Shown: positions 19,489 through 30,520 of the stretch, in pieces
How positions within the stretch are numbered: position 1 is the stretch's first letter
Layout: every line of letters starts with the position of its first letter
Assembly: GCF_028368995.1 (NCBI RefSeq)
Contig: NZ_JAQNDL010000003.1
Location: forward strand, 2,752,001-2,816,000
From: Nannocystis bainbridge
Lineage (GTDB): Bacteria; Myxococcota_A; Polyangia; Nannocystales; Nannocystaceae
Direction: 5' to 3'
Length of the DNA: 64,000 bases
The notes under the pieces: model-generated
What the model saw: only the letters and a program-made list of their open reading frames with translations
Told to the model about the DNA's origin: nothing
The model's database searches: none
Translations under genes and position numbers: made by a program

Positions 19489-20099
19489 GGACGGAAGTCC
19501 CCTTTGCCCTCGCGCAGCACCTCGATGTCGTCGCCGATCATGCGCAACACCGTCGACGGGTCGGGCCACTGGGGGCCGACGTCGACCGCCACCGCGATTT
19601 CGCGGGAGTAGCGGTTCTCGAGCTCCTCCGCGTCCTCGAGCTCGGGCGCGGTGTTCTCGCCCGGCGTCACCGAGCCGTTCAGCAGCGGCTCGCCGAGCTC
19701 GCCGATCAGCATGCGGCACACCAGGTGGTCGGGCACGCGCAGGCCGACCTCGTGGTGGCGGTTGTGCATGCTCTTCGGCACCTCCGACGTCGCCTGCAGC
19801 ACCAGCGTGTACGGCCCCGGCAGCAGGCGGCGGACCAGGCGGAAGTGCGAGTTGCCGAGCACGCCGAAGCGGCCGACATCGGCCAGCCCGGACACGATCA
19901 TCGTCAGCGGCTTGTGCGAGCGCTCGTCGAGCCCCTTGAGCCGGCGGATCGCCGCGATGCCCTTCACGCTCGACATGGCGCAGCCGAACGCGTACCCCGT
20001 GTCGGTCGGGTACACGATCACTTGCCCCTTCTTCAGGGCATCGACCGCGGGCTGCAGCTTGCGCGGGTTTGGGCGCTCGGCGTCGACATGTACCCGCAT
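19485..20099 (-). CDS. Sua5/YciO/YrdC-family protein (threonylcarbamoyl-AMP synthase fold)
   Basis: VIVYPTDTGYAFGC, RRLLPGPYTLVL, VGLRVPDH, PSTV and LREGKG. Confidence 0.92.
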   Translation of the reverse strand: MRVHVDAERPNPRKLQPAVDALKKGQVIVYPTDTGYAFGCAMSSVKGIAAIRRLKGLDERSHKPLTMIVSGLADVGRFGVLGNSHFRLVRRLLPGPYTLVLQATSEVPKSMHNRHHEVGLRVPDHLVCRMLIGELGEPLLNGSVTPGENTAPELEDAEELENRYSREIAVAVDVGPQWPDPSTVLRMIGDDIEVLREGKGDFRP

Positions 20100-20132
20100 C
20101 GTTCGGTCCTGCAGCTCCTCGGTGGTGGAGGT

Positions 20133-21167
<1,035 letters not shown>

Positions 21168-21275
21168 GGTTCCTCCGGGCGTGGCGCGGCCAAGGGGTAA
21201 CACACTCTCGCGCCGCGGCACCGCGAAAACCGCCGCCGCCGCTCGCCCGCGCCCGTGAGCGGGCCTTCGCCCCCC

Positions 21276-22649
21276 TTACGTTGCCGCCCTGGCCGAACGT
21301 CGGGCACGCCACGCTCGCCACGCCGGCAGCGCCACCGCGACCGCGTAGAGCGCGAGGATGATCGACACCGGGTCGTACGGCGTGCGCAGACGCGGGTCGC
21401 CGAAGAAGATCGCCGCGATGATCATCGCCCCTACCAGGCAAGCCGCCAGCACCGCCAGCGCCGGGTCGCGCCGGATCCCCCGCAGCGCCAGCCCGATCCC
21501 CACCAGCGACGGCAGCAGCACCACCGTGTTGAAGAAGTAGCGGTACACCTCCGCCACCACCAGCGTGCGCGCGTGGCCCTTGCTGGTCTCGGGCCACTGC
21601 CCGGCGATGAACCACTGCAGCATCATGTTGACGAAGCTGTAGCGGGCCTGCTCGAGCACCCCGGTGGCCGCGTAGCACTTGCGCTGGATCTCGCGGTGCA
21701 CGAACGGGTCGCCGATGTAGCCGACGAAGCGGATGCTGTCGCCGCCGAGCGCCGGTCGCAGCGCCAGCGGCGACCACTCGGGGACCCAGTTCTTGAGCGT
21801 GCGGAAGCCCGGCAGCGTCACGCGACGGCCATTGCTCTGGTCGTCCTTGCGGTCCGCGGCCTTCTTCTCCTTCTCGGTGCGATACGCCTGGGTGTTGATG
21901 TTGTGGCATCGCCCGGCGGTGAGGTTCATGTTGGCGTTCTCGGCGATCCCGCCCCAATAGCCGGTGTGATAGTGGAAGCGCCACAGGCTGAAGCCGAGCG
22001 CCAGCACCAGCGGCGTGCCGACGCCGACCAGGTGGTGCCAGCGGACGTGCTTCAGCCGCCGCGCGTTGACCAGCCACACCAGCAGCACGAACACGTAGAA
22101 CACCGCCGCTTGCGGCCGCAGCATGAACGCCAGCGCCGAGGCCACCCCCGCCGGCCAGGCGCGCTTCCCCTCCTGGAAGCACACCACCAGCCAGTACAGC
22201 GACAGCAGCTGGAAGCACAAAAACGGCGTCTCCGACAGGAAGAAGCCGGTCGTCGAGAGGTTGGGGAACCACAGCAGCGCCGCGATCCCGGCCGTGCGTG
22301 CCTGCCAGCGCTCGCGCAGCACCCGGCACGCCAGCAGGTACGCCAGCGGCACCGACACCGCCCCGAGCAGCCCCCACAGCAGCGCCCCCGAGACCATCGG
22401 CGCCGCGGTGCCGAACAGCCGCAGCGGCGCCGCCAGCAGCATGTGCGTCCCGTACGCCTGCCACGCCAGCGTCCGCGTCGGCGCCGGGATGCCCTTGTCC
22501 GCCAGCGCTACGGCTCGCTCCATGTACAGCCGCATGTCGCTGTACAGGTAATTCCCCGGCGGATGCACCCACAGCACCCAGACCAGGCGCGACAGCAGCG
22601 CCAGGCCGAACAAGATCCACAACAGACGCCGCTCCGGGGGTTGGCCCAC
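21276..22649 (-). CDS. Polytopic membrane glycosyltransferase (GT-C / PMT-2-like)
   Basis: Many TM segments; YSDM in the first loop; FLSETPF, LRP and GDPRLRTPYD; GTG start at 22649 inferred from an upstream TACCCT -10-like hexamer. Confidence 0.75.
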   Translation of the reverse strand: MGQPPERRLLWILFGLALLSRLVWVLWVHPPGNYLYSDMRLYMERAVALADKGIPAPTRTLAWQAYGTHMLLAAPLRLFGTAAPMVSGALLWGLLGAVSVPLAYLLACRVLRERWQARTAGIAALLWFPNLSTTGFFLSETPFLCFQLLSLYWLVVCFQEGKRAWPAGVASALAFMLRPQAAVFYVFVLLVWLVNARRLKHVRWHHLVGVGTPLVLALGFSLWRFHYHTGYWGGIAENANMNLTAGRCHNINTQAYRTEKEKKAADRKDDQSNGRRVTLPGFRTLKNWVPEWSPLALRPALGGDSIRFVGYIGDPFVHREIQRKCYAATGVLEQARYSFVNMMLQWFIAGQWPETSKGHARTLVVAEVYRYFFNTVVLLPSLVGIGLALRGIRRDPALAVLAACLVGAMIIAAIFFGDPRLRTPYDPVSIILALYAVAVALPAWRAWRARRSARAAT

Positions 22650-23281
22650 GCGCGCGAGGGTACTGGCCGGCGGGGCCCACGGGAAGAGGCCGACGGACGA
22701 TGCCTGAATCCGCGCGACGATGACGAGACTTATCTCATGACATCGCAGTCCTAGCATTGGGGGAACGCGGCCCCGCGCGCTGCAGAGCATTGCCGGCGCG
22801 GCCACGGCACCAACCGCAGTTGGCAGCACCACATTGGAGTTGCGCCCGATCCTCACAATGGTCAGACGGGCGAAACTCCTTGAAGCCGGGATCGCCGGGT
22901 GCTTTTATGAAGACATCGCAGCAAGCGAATCATAGCAGCGCCGCATTCGTGCAATCTCGGATCACAAGAGCCTCTCGCCCCGCGATTCGGGCGCGGCCGA
23001 TCGCTCGCAGTTCCGCCGCCCGCTGTCGCCACGGACCCCGATTCACCTGAGCGACGCAGACCAGGCTTCGCCCGCTATGGTCGCTCACCATCACCCCACA
23101 TTTTTTAAAATACCGCGACTACGTTTGCACAAACCTCGCAGCAGCCGTCGCCTCGGCGATTCACTGCGGTGACGATCGTCCTGCAGCCTGCCGACCTCTC
23201 GGTCGGCCCGCCGATCGTTCGAGCGCACCTCGCGCGGCGCCCCACTTCATCAACCCTTTCCGCCTGAGGTAAGCTCCCCGC

Positions 23282-24715
23282 ATGTCCGTCCTCGTCCCGC
23301 CGCAGCCGGCCGCCGTCTACGTCTCGCGGCGTGCACGACTCTCTCGCGCCCTCGCCGGCGAGCCCGCGATCTTCTTCGCCGGCGATCTCGTGCCGCGCAA
23401 CTACGCCGCCAACATCTACCCGTACCGCGCGCACAGCCACTTCCTCTACTTCACCGGCGTGCACTGGCCGGGCGCGGTGCTGCTCGGCAGCGGCGACGGC
23501 TGGGAGATCTTCGCCGCGCCGCCGGCGCCCGACGATCCGCTGTGGATCGGTCCGAGCGCGACCTGGGACGACCTGCAGGCGGCCACCGGGGTGCGAAAGA
23601 TCCGCCCGCTGAGCGAGCTGCGGACCGCCCTCGACGGCCTCCGCGGCGTCGCCACCCTGCCGGCGATCCATCCGCGCACGCGGGCGCGGCAGGCCTCGCT
23701 GCTCGGGCGGCCGTGGGGCGCGCACGACGAGTCCGAGGCGGGCGCCGTGGCGCTCGCGGGCAAGGACGCCGAGCTCGCCGACGCGGTGATCTCGTTGCGC
23801 CTGCAACACGACGGGCCGGCGCTCGAGCTGCTGCGGCAGTCCGCGGAGGCGGCGCGCGCGGGGCACCTCGCCGGCATGGCGGCCACCCGACCTGGGCGGC
23901 GCGAGGCCGACGTGCGGGCGGCGATCGAGGCCGAGTTCGCGGCCCGCGGCATGAGCCCGGCGTACGGCAGCATCGTCACCGTGCACGGCGAGGTCCTGCA
24001 CAACGAGCACAGTCATCACCCGCTGAAGGCCGGCGATCTCCTGCTGGCCGACTGCGGCGCCGACTGCCACGGCTGGGCCAGCGACGTGACGCGGACCTGG
24101 CCGGTCTCGGGCGCGTGGAGTCCGACCCAGCGGGCGCTCTACGACGTGGTGCTGCAGGCCAACCTCGACGCGACGGCGATGGTGCGTCCGGGGGTCCGGT
24201 ACCGCGACATCCACCTGCGCGCCGCGCTGACGCTGGCCCGCGGCCTGGTCGACCTGGGGATCTTCCACGGCGACCCGGAGGGTTTGGTCGAGCGGGGCGC
24301 GCACGCCCTGTTCTTCCCGCACGGCGTCGGGCATCTCCTCGGGCTCGACGTGCACGACATGGAAGATCTCGGCGACCGCGCCGGCTACGCCGCCGGTCGA
24401 GCCCGGAGCAGCCAGTTCGGCACCTGCTACCTCCGCCTCGACCGCGACCTGGCGCCCGGCATGCTCGTCACCATCGAACCGGGGTTCTACCTGGTCCCGG
24501 CGATCCTCGACGACAAGGCCCTCTGCGCCCCGTTCGAGGCCGATCTGGACCGCCAGCGTCTGGCCGCCTACGCCGACGTCCGCGGGATCCGGATCGAGGA
24601 CGACGTCCTGTGCACCGAGGCCGGCCCGGACGTCCTCACGGCCGCCATCCCCCGCGACGCCGACGCCGTCGCGACCCTCGTAGGCGCCGCCGGAGCGTCC
24701 CGGGACGCCGCCTGA
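23282..24715 (+). CDS. pepP: Xaa-Pro aminopeptidase (M24B)
   Basis: YRAHSHFLYFTG, LLADCGA, ASDVTRTWP, HGVGHLLGLDVHD, TIEPGFY and GIRIEDDVL. Confidence 0.93.
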   Translation: MSVLVPPQPAAVYVSRRARLSRALAGEPAIFFAGDLVPRNYAANIYPYRAHSHFLYFTGVHWPGAVLLGSGDGWEIFAAPPAPDDPLWIGPSATWDDLQAATGVRKIRPLSELRTALDGLRGVATLPAIHPRTRARQASLLGRPWGAHDESEAGAVALAGKDAELADAVISLRLQHDGPALELLRQSAEAARAGHLAGMAATRPGRREADVRAAIEAEFAARGMSPAYGSIVTVHGEVLHNEHSHHPLKAGDLLLADCGADCHGWASDVTRTWPVSGAWSPTQRALYDVVLQANLDATAMVRPGVRYRDIHLRAALTLARGLVDLGIFHGDPEGLVERGAHALFFPHGVGHLLGLDVHDMEDLGDRAGYAAGRARSSQFGTCYLRLDRDLAPGMLVTIEPGFYLVPAILDDKALCAPFEADLDRQRLAAYADVRGIRIEDDVLCTEAGPDVLTAAIPRDADAVATLVGAAGASRDAA

Positions 24716-24923
24716 AATGCCGCCCCGGGCCGCTGCTCGGCCGTACGGCCGCGAATCGGCCCCGCCGCGCGCCCTCGCCCCCCGGCGGTCGCCCCCTTGC
24801 TGCCGGGCCCGCCGGAGGAGGCTGGGGAGGATGCGCGGTTTGTTTGCCCTGGCGCGTAGTCAGCGCTAACTCCTCGTGTTACTTTGCCCCGGCGCCCCTC
24901 GCAGGCGCCCCTAGGAGTCGACG

Positions 24924-26414
24924 ATGCACCTCCGCCCCCTCGTCCTTACCACCGCCTTCGTCACCAGCGCTCTCGTCGGTTGTTCGCGCGAAGAGTTCGC
25001 CCCCTGGGGTTTTGCCGAGGACGTCTCGCTCGAGTGTTCGAGCCCGGCGCGCGGTCAGGTCGGAGTCCCGTACTCCTACACGCCCACCGTGGTGACCGGC
25101 GTCTCGCCCTTCGAGTTCTCGGTCGACCCGACCACGCCGCTGCCGGCGGGCCTGTCGATCGACGCGGCCACCGGCGCCATCACGGGCACCCCGACGGCCG
25201 AGGGCACCTTCCCGCTCAAGGTCGTCGTCGTCGACAGCCGCGAGGCCCGGTCGGTCGTCACCTGCGGCGACATCATCATCGACGCCGGCGCCGGCATCGA
25301 CTGCCGTGACGAGAGCGTCGCCCCCGGCGACATCCCCGACGGCTTCGTCGGCTACGCCTACAACTTCCAGGCCACCGCAATCGGCGGCCGCGAGCCGTAC
25401 GGCAGCTGGACCGACAACGGCACCCTGCCCGCGGGCCTGACGATCGACGCCGCGACCGGCCTCGTCTCGGGCACCCCCGAGGCCGCCGGCATCTCCAACG
25501 TGACGCTCACCGTCACCGACGCCGAGGGCCAGGAGATCGCCAGCGAGTGCGGCGTCCTCGAGATCCGCGACCCGATCCAGGTCGACCCGGAATCGCTGCT
25601 GGCCGCCTATCCCGACGGCTGCATCAGCTACGGCGAGGACCTCGACGGCCTGATCGCCAAGGGCATCGTCATCCCGGTCAAGGACGCCACCGCCAACCCG
25701 ACCTGCGCGCTGGTCGCCGGCCGCGGCAACGGCAGCCGCAACTTCGACGCCGACGCCAACACCCCCGACAGCTTCCCGCCGGGCATCGCCGTCAGCGCCG
25801 ACACCTGCGAGCTCTCGGGCACCATCGACACCAAGCTCCGCTTCGGCGCCTACGCGTGGATCACCACGATCGAGCAGTCGGGCACCAAGGCGTACCTGCC
25901 GTACTGCGCCCCGCAGGACGTCCAGGCCGGCACCGCCTACGGGGTCGAGCGCCAGGACACCGGCACCGACAAGACCCTGGCGCCGGGCCACATCGTGTTC
26001 GACGTCGACGGCAGCCCGCTCGAGTTCACCTTCGGCAGCGACGTCCCCGACCCGCAGGTCACGGTCACGTACAACGAGGCCTGCGGCGGCTCCTGCTTCT
26101 ACGCCTACATCTTCTCGTACAACGCGCTGTCGGCGACCGCCCAGGTCAGCGCCGGCCCGTCGGCCAAGTTCCCGGCGATGGGCTTCGACGGCTTCACGCA
26201 CGCGATCCGCGTGACCGAGAACGACGAGACCTTCCTGCGCAACTACGGCGAGCGGGCCTTCGTCGCCAACATCAGCTTCGACTACTGCATCGCGCAGAAC
26301 GAAGACGACTGCGGCAACAACGAGGCCGACCCGGCCGCCAAGGCGGCGCTGATCCGGGCCAACGGCGACGGCAGCAACTACGAGTTCGGGCTGATCGTCC
26401 TGCCCAAGAACTGA
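24924..26414 (+). CDS. Putative Ig-domain (He_PIG-type) lipoprotein
   Basis: LVGC lipobox; two LPAGL(S/T)IDAATG.(I/V).GTP repeats. Confidence 0.85.
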   Translation: MHLRPLVLTTAFVTSALVGCSREEFAPWGFAEDVSLECSSPARGQVGVPYSYTPTVVTGVSPFEFSVDPTTPLPAGLSIDAATGAITGTPTAEGTFPLKVVVVDSREARSVVTCGDIIIDAGAGIDCRDESVAPGDIPDGFVGYAYNFQATAIGGREPYGSWTDNGTLPAGLTIDAATGLVSGTPEAAGISNVTLTVTDAEGQEIASECGVLEIRDPIQVDPESLLAAYPDGCISYGEDLDGLIAKGIVIPVKDATANPTCALVAGRGNGSRNFDADANTPDSFPPGIAVSADTCELSGTIDTKLRFGAYAWITTIEQSGTKAYLPYCAPQDVQAGTAYGVERQDTGTDKTLAPGHIVFDVDGSPLEFTFGSDVPDPQVTVTYNEACGGSCFYAYIFSYNALSATAQVSAGPSAKFPAMGFDGFTHAIRVTENDETFLRNYGERAFVANISFDYCIAQNEDDCGNNEADPAAKAALIRANGDGSNYEFGLIVLPKN

Positions 26415-26441
26415 GCCCCTCGCGGCCGACGCATCCATCCC

Positions 26442-29123
26442 TTGAGCACACAAGACAGTCGCGGCGGCGGAGCCTCGGGGCTCCGCGACCGAAGGGTCGC
26501 CCGGGTGCTCGACCGCGAGATCTCGCCGGTCTGGCACGACCGTTTCGCGCGGCTGATCGTCCGTAACCTGCCCAACCTCCCCGAGGTCCTCGCGCTCGAC
26601 ATCCACTGCGGGACCGGGCGCGGCACGGGCGAGCTGCTGCATCGCCTCGGCGCCGGCGCGAAGATCCTGGCGATCGACCCCGACGAGGGCGCGCTCGAGC
26701 TGGCGAAGACGCGGATCCGCGCCGAGTGGAAGAACCGGGTCTACTTCAAGTCCGGCCACTTCGACGACGTCACGGCGATGGCCGACGACAGCTACAACCT
26801 CGTCGTCGCCAATCTGGTGCTCGGCGAGTCGGTCGACCTCGAGCCGGCCCTGGGCGAGATGATCCGCGTCGGCAAGATCGGCGGCCGGATCCTCGCCACC
26901 GTGCCGCTGCACGGCACCTGGGAAGAGGTCGAGGACATCTTCGCGGAGATCTTGCGCGACGCCGGGATGACGGCGGCGCTGCGCCGCCTGGAGGCGCTGC
27001 GAGCGATCCGCCCCACCGGGCCGCAGCTCGGCAAGATGCTGCGCAACCTCGGCGCGGTCGAGGACGACTACGTCATCGAGCACGAGCGCTTCCAGCTGCT
27101 GTTCCCGAGCGGCCGTGAGTTCCTGTTCGCGCCGGTGATCGAGCACGGTCCGCTGCAGATGTGGAAGGCCGTGATCGGCAAGGACGGCGCCCCGCAGGAG
27201 CTGTTCTGGCGCCTCAAGGAGGCGATCGACACCTACTACGCCGGCCACGTCCTGGCGGTCACGGTGCACGCGGGACTCATCCACGTCGAGGTCGCCAAGG
27301 GCACCGCGCGGCCGGGTCCGCGGCTCGCGGCGCGGTTCTGGCGGCACTACCCCGAGCTCGACAAGCTGTGGGGCGGCCTCGCCGTCGGCTACGCCCGCGT
27401 CTCCGACCCGATCCTCCCGTTCAGCGACGCCGACGTCAGCGACTTCGACCTCGACATCGACATCGACGAGTCCGACCCGCGGCGGCGCACCGGCGCCATG
27501 CGGGCCCTGCGGCAGACCGGCCGTCAGGCGGCCGTCGAGACCCCGTCGCCGGAGGACTTCGGCCTGCGCTTCCGCCCGCGCGACCCGACCGAGGCCTCCG
27601 AGATCCGGGCGCTCGACGCCGAGACCTCGGGCCTGCGCGCCCGCGTGCCCGGCTCCGAGGCCTCGGGTCTGCGCGCGCTGTCGCAGCTGCGCGACACCGA
27701 GATCTCGGCGGTCCGCCCCGCCAGCTCCTTCCGCCGGATCCCCGTCGCCGCCGACGAGGACGATTTCTCCGAGCTCAACAGCTTCGACACCCGCTCGCAC
27801 AAGGCTGTCCCGGCGGCCAGGTCGCCCGCGCCCGCCGCCGAGCCCGACGAGGACCTGTCGCGCCTCGCCGAGACCGAGGACGACTTCTCCAACCTCAACG
27901 ACAGCCCGCTGCTGCCGCGGCGCCCGATCTCCTCGAGCTGGCGCCGCTCCTCCGAGTCGTCCTCCAGCCGCCCCGTCCCCACCGACCTCCGCGGCGACAG
28001 CGAGAGCAGCGCCCACCGGGCCCTCGCCGAGCTGTCCCTTCGGCCAGGTGACTCCGCCACCGCCGGCCGGCGCCCGAGCGGCCCGATCCCCGTGGCTCGC
28101 CGCGCCGAGGCCTCAGCCAGCCAGGCCCGCCGCCCGACCTCCGGCCCCTCGGCCGAGGCCTCCGGCAGGCGCCCGCTCGGCAACACCGAGTCCTCCGTCT
28201 CTAGCCGCTTGCCCGACGCCGCCGAATCCGGCAGGCGCCCGCTCGGCAACACCGAGTCCTCCGTCTCGAGCCGCCTGCCCGACGCCTCCGGCTCCGGCAA
28301 GCGCCCCCTCGGTCCCACCGAGACCTCCGTCTCGAGCCGCCTGCCCGACGCCTCCGGTTCCGGCAAGCGCGCCCTCGGTCCCACCGAGACCTCCGTCTCC
28401 AGCCGCCTGCCCGACGCCTCGAGCTCCGGCAAGCGCCCCCTCGGCACCACCGAGACCTCTGGCCTGCTCGCCGGCGCCTCCGGTTCCGGCAAGCGCCCGC
28501 TCGGTCCCACCGAGACCTCCGTCGCCAGCCGTCTGCCTGACGCCTCCGGCTCCGGCAAGCGCCCCCTCGGCACCACCGAGACCTCCGGCCTGCTCGCTGG
28601 CGCCTCCGGCTCCGGCAAGCGACCCCTCGGCACCACCGAGACCTCCGGCGCCAACCTGCTGGCCGACGCTGCCGCTTCCGGCAAGCGCCTGCTCTCCGAC
28701 TCCGCCTCCGGCAAGCGCCCCTTGCCGGACCTGCGCAAGCCGGAAGCCGAGGCCGCCGATAGCGAGACCAGCGGCTCGCGCCCTGCCGCCCGGCCGACGG
28801 CCCCGCCCGAGGCGAGCCGGCCTGCGCTGCCCTCGTTGCGCCTGCCCGACCCCAAGCCGACCAGCGCCAGCTCGAGCGGCAGCATGTTCCGCCCGCCGAC
28901 CTTCAAGTCGCCGGGCGAGGAGAGCCTGCCGCCGGTCAAGCACGCCTTCCGCCCGCCGGGCCCGGAGAGCGTCGACGAGGAGGAGCCGGAGGAGATCGAC
29001 GAGCTCGAGCCGGTCGACGAGTTCGAGCCCGACGACGAGCCGGTTTTCGCGGCCCCGCGCCCGCCGCCGCCCAAGGCCCCGCCGCCGCGCCCGCCGAGCC
29101 TCAGCCCGGACAAGAAGAAGTGA
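26442..29123 (+). CDS. Class I SAM-dependent methyltransferase domain with long Ser/Thr-rich repetitive C-terminus
   Basis: ALDIHCGTG, ILAID and YNLVVANL in the first ~290 aa; the rest is low-complexity and repetitive. Confidence 0.8.
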   Translation: MSTQDSRGGGASGLRDRRVARVLDREISPVWHDRFARLIVRNLPNLPEVLALDIHCGTGRGTGELLHRLGAGAKILAIDPDEGALELAKTRIRAEWKNRVYFKSGHFDDVTAMADDSYNLVVANLVLGESVDLEPALGEMIRVGKIGGRILATVPLHGTWEEVEDIFAEILRDAGMTAALRRLEALRAIRPTGPQLGKMLRNLGAVEDDYVIEHERFQLLFPSGREFLFAPVIEHGPLQMWKAVIGKDGAPQELFWRLKEAIDTYYAGHVLAVTVHAGLIHVEVAKGTARPGPRLAARFWRHYPELDKLWGGLAVGYARVSDPILPFSDADVSDFDLDIDIDESDPRRRTGAMRALRQTGRQAAVETPSPEDFGLRFRPRDPTEASEIRALDAETSGLRARVPGSEASGLRALSQLRDTEISAVRPASSFRRIPVAADEDDFSELNSFDTRSHKAVPAARSPAPAAEPDEDLSRLAETEDDFSNLNDSPLLPRRPISSSWRRSSESSSSRPVPTDLRGDSESSAHRALAELSLRPGDSATAGRRPSGPIPVARRAEASASQARRPTSGPSAEASGRRPLGNTESSVSSRLPDAAESGRRPLGNTESSVSSRLPDASGSGKRPLGPTETSVSSRLPDASGSGKRALGPTETSVSSRLPDASSSGKRPLGTTETSGLLAGASGSGKRPLGPTETSVASRLPDASGSGKRPLGTTETSGLLAGASGSGKRPLGTTETSGANLLADAAASGKRLLSDSASGKRPLPDLRKPEAEAADSETSGSRPAARPTAPPEASRPALPSLRLPDPKPTSASSSGSMFRPPTFKSPGEESLPPVKHAFRPPGPESVDEEEPEEIDELEPVDEFEPDDEPVFAAPRPPPPKAPPPRPPSLSPDKKK
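28158..28730 (+). repeat. Intragenic 60-66 bp tandem repeat (ASGSGKRPLGxTETSVSSRLPD; 8 full and 2 partial units)
   Basis: Directly visible in both DNA and translation. Confidence 0.92.
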
Positions 29124-30259
29124 CGCGGCGAGCGCTGGTGGCCCTCGCCGCCCTGCTCGCCTGCGGCCAGCCTCAAGGGACAGGTCCCAACAAACCTGCC
29201 CCGAGCGACATGTCCTCAAAGACAGCCCCGGAGCCGGCCCCCGCGCCGGAGCCGGAGCCCGAGCGCGCGGCCCCGCCGGTGCGCAAGGACGGCACGATCT
29301 ACGCCGAGACCCAGCAGATGGGCACCCGCGTCTCGATCAACGTCCACGTCGGCGAGCGCGCCCCGGCCGAGGCGGGCGCGGCGATCGAGGCCGCGTTCGC
29401 GGAGATCGAGCGTGTCGAGCAGATCATGAGCGAGTGGCGGCCGAGCAGCGAGCTGTCACAGCTCAACGACGGCGCCGGCGGCCCGCTGCGCCCGCTGAGC
29501 GTCGATCTCTTCGACATCCTGCAGCGCAGCAAAGAGATCGCCCAGGCCACCGGTGGCGCCTTCGATCCGACCTTCTACAGCGTCGGCCAGCTGTGGAAAT
29601 ACGACCCCGGCAGCCGCCCGCCGACGCGCGAGGCGATCCTCGAGAAGCTGCCGCTGGTCGACTGGCGCTCGATCGAGCTCGACCCCGCCACCCGCAGCGG
29701 TCGCCTCGCCAAGCCCGGCATGAAGATGGGCCTCGGCGCGATCGCCAAGGGCTACGCGGTCGACCGCGCCTCGACCATCCTGCGCGAGCGCGGCTTCCCC
29801 GATCACATCGTCGAGGGCGGCGGCGACACCTTCGTCTCCGGCACCAAGGCCGGCAAGACCTGGATGGTCGGCATCCAGCGCCCCGACGGCCCCGGCTCGA
29901 TCGCCGCCATCCCGGCCCGCGACCGCGCCGTCGTCACCTCGGGCGACTACCAGCGCTTCATCGAGTTCGAGGGCGTCCGTTACTCGCACATCCTCGACCC
30001 GCGCACCGGCTTCCCCGTGCCCGAGGATCGCAGCCTGCAGAGCATCACGATCCTCGCGCCCAACGCCACCGACGGCGACGCCTACGCCACCGCCGTCGCA
30101 GTCATGGGCGTCGACGCCGGCCTCGAGTTCATCACCTCGCACCCTGGCCTCGACGCCGCGCTCATCACTCGCACCGGCGAGCTCCGCGTCACGCCCGAGC
30201 TGGCGAAGATCCTCGTCTACCCGCAAGACAAGCCCGCTCCGCCGCCGCCGGCCCCGTGA
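29120..30259 (+). CDS. apbE: FAD:protein FMN transferase lipoprotein
   Basis: LLAC lipobox; MGT, TGGAFDPT, GAIAKGYAVD, VVTSGDYQR, YSHILDPRTG and DAYATA. Confidence 0.95.
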   Translation: MTRRALVALAALLACGQPQGTGPNKPAPSDMSSKTAPEPAPAPEPEPERAAPPVRKDGTIYAETQQMGTRVSINVHVGERAPAEAGAAIEAAFAEIERVEQIMSEWRPSSELSQLNDGAGGPLRPLSVDLFDILQRSKEIAQATGGAFDPTFYSVGQLWKYDPGSRPPTREAILEKLPLVDWRSIELDPATRSGRLAKPGMKMGLGAIAKGYAVDRASTILRERGFPDHIVEGGGDTFVSGTKAGKTWMVGIQRPDGPGSIAAIPARDRAVVTSGDYQRFIEFEGVRYSHILDPRTGFPVPEDRSLQSITILAPNATDGDAYATAVAVMGVDAGLEFITSHPGLDAALITRTGELRVTPELAKILVYPQDKPAPPPPAP

Positions 30260-30520
30260 TCGCCCGCGCCGGTCATGCCGGCCCGGCGATCTCCCGCGAG
30301 CGCCCGCGACTCGTATCGCTGTCATCCTCCGGCTCCGCCCAAAGCCCCGAACTCGCGCGGGCCGGACCTGCCGCAGCGACAGCATTTTCGCGCCGGCGAG
30401 CCTGCGCCCGTGGCCGCCGCGGGCTCGCCCGTCGCACCCGCGCGAAACCGCACAGGCCATCGCACCTTCGATCGACGGCACCTCCGTCGGCGCCGGCAAA
30501 CTGGCCTAGACTCGTATCCA

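Noticed and set aside
22860-22905. GGGCGAAAC...GGGA segment as a c-di-GMP-I riboswitch
   Set aside because: It lacks the GAAA-tetraloop hairpin, GCAAAG junction and receptor stem of that family.
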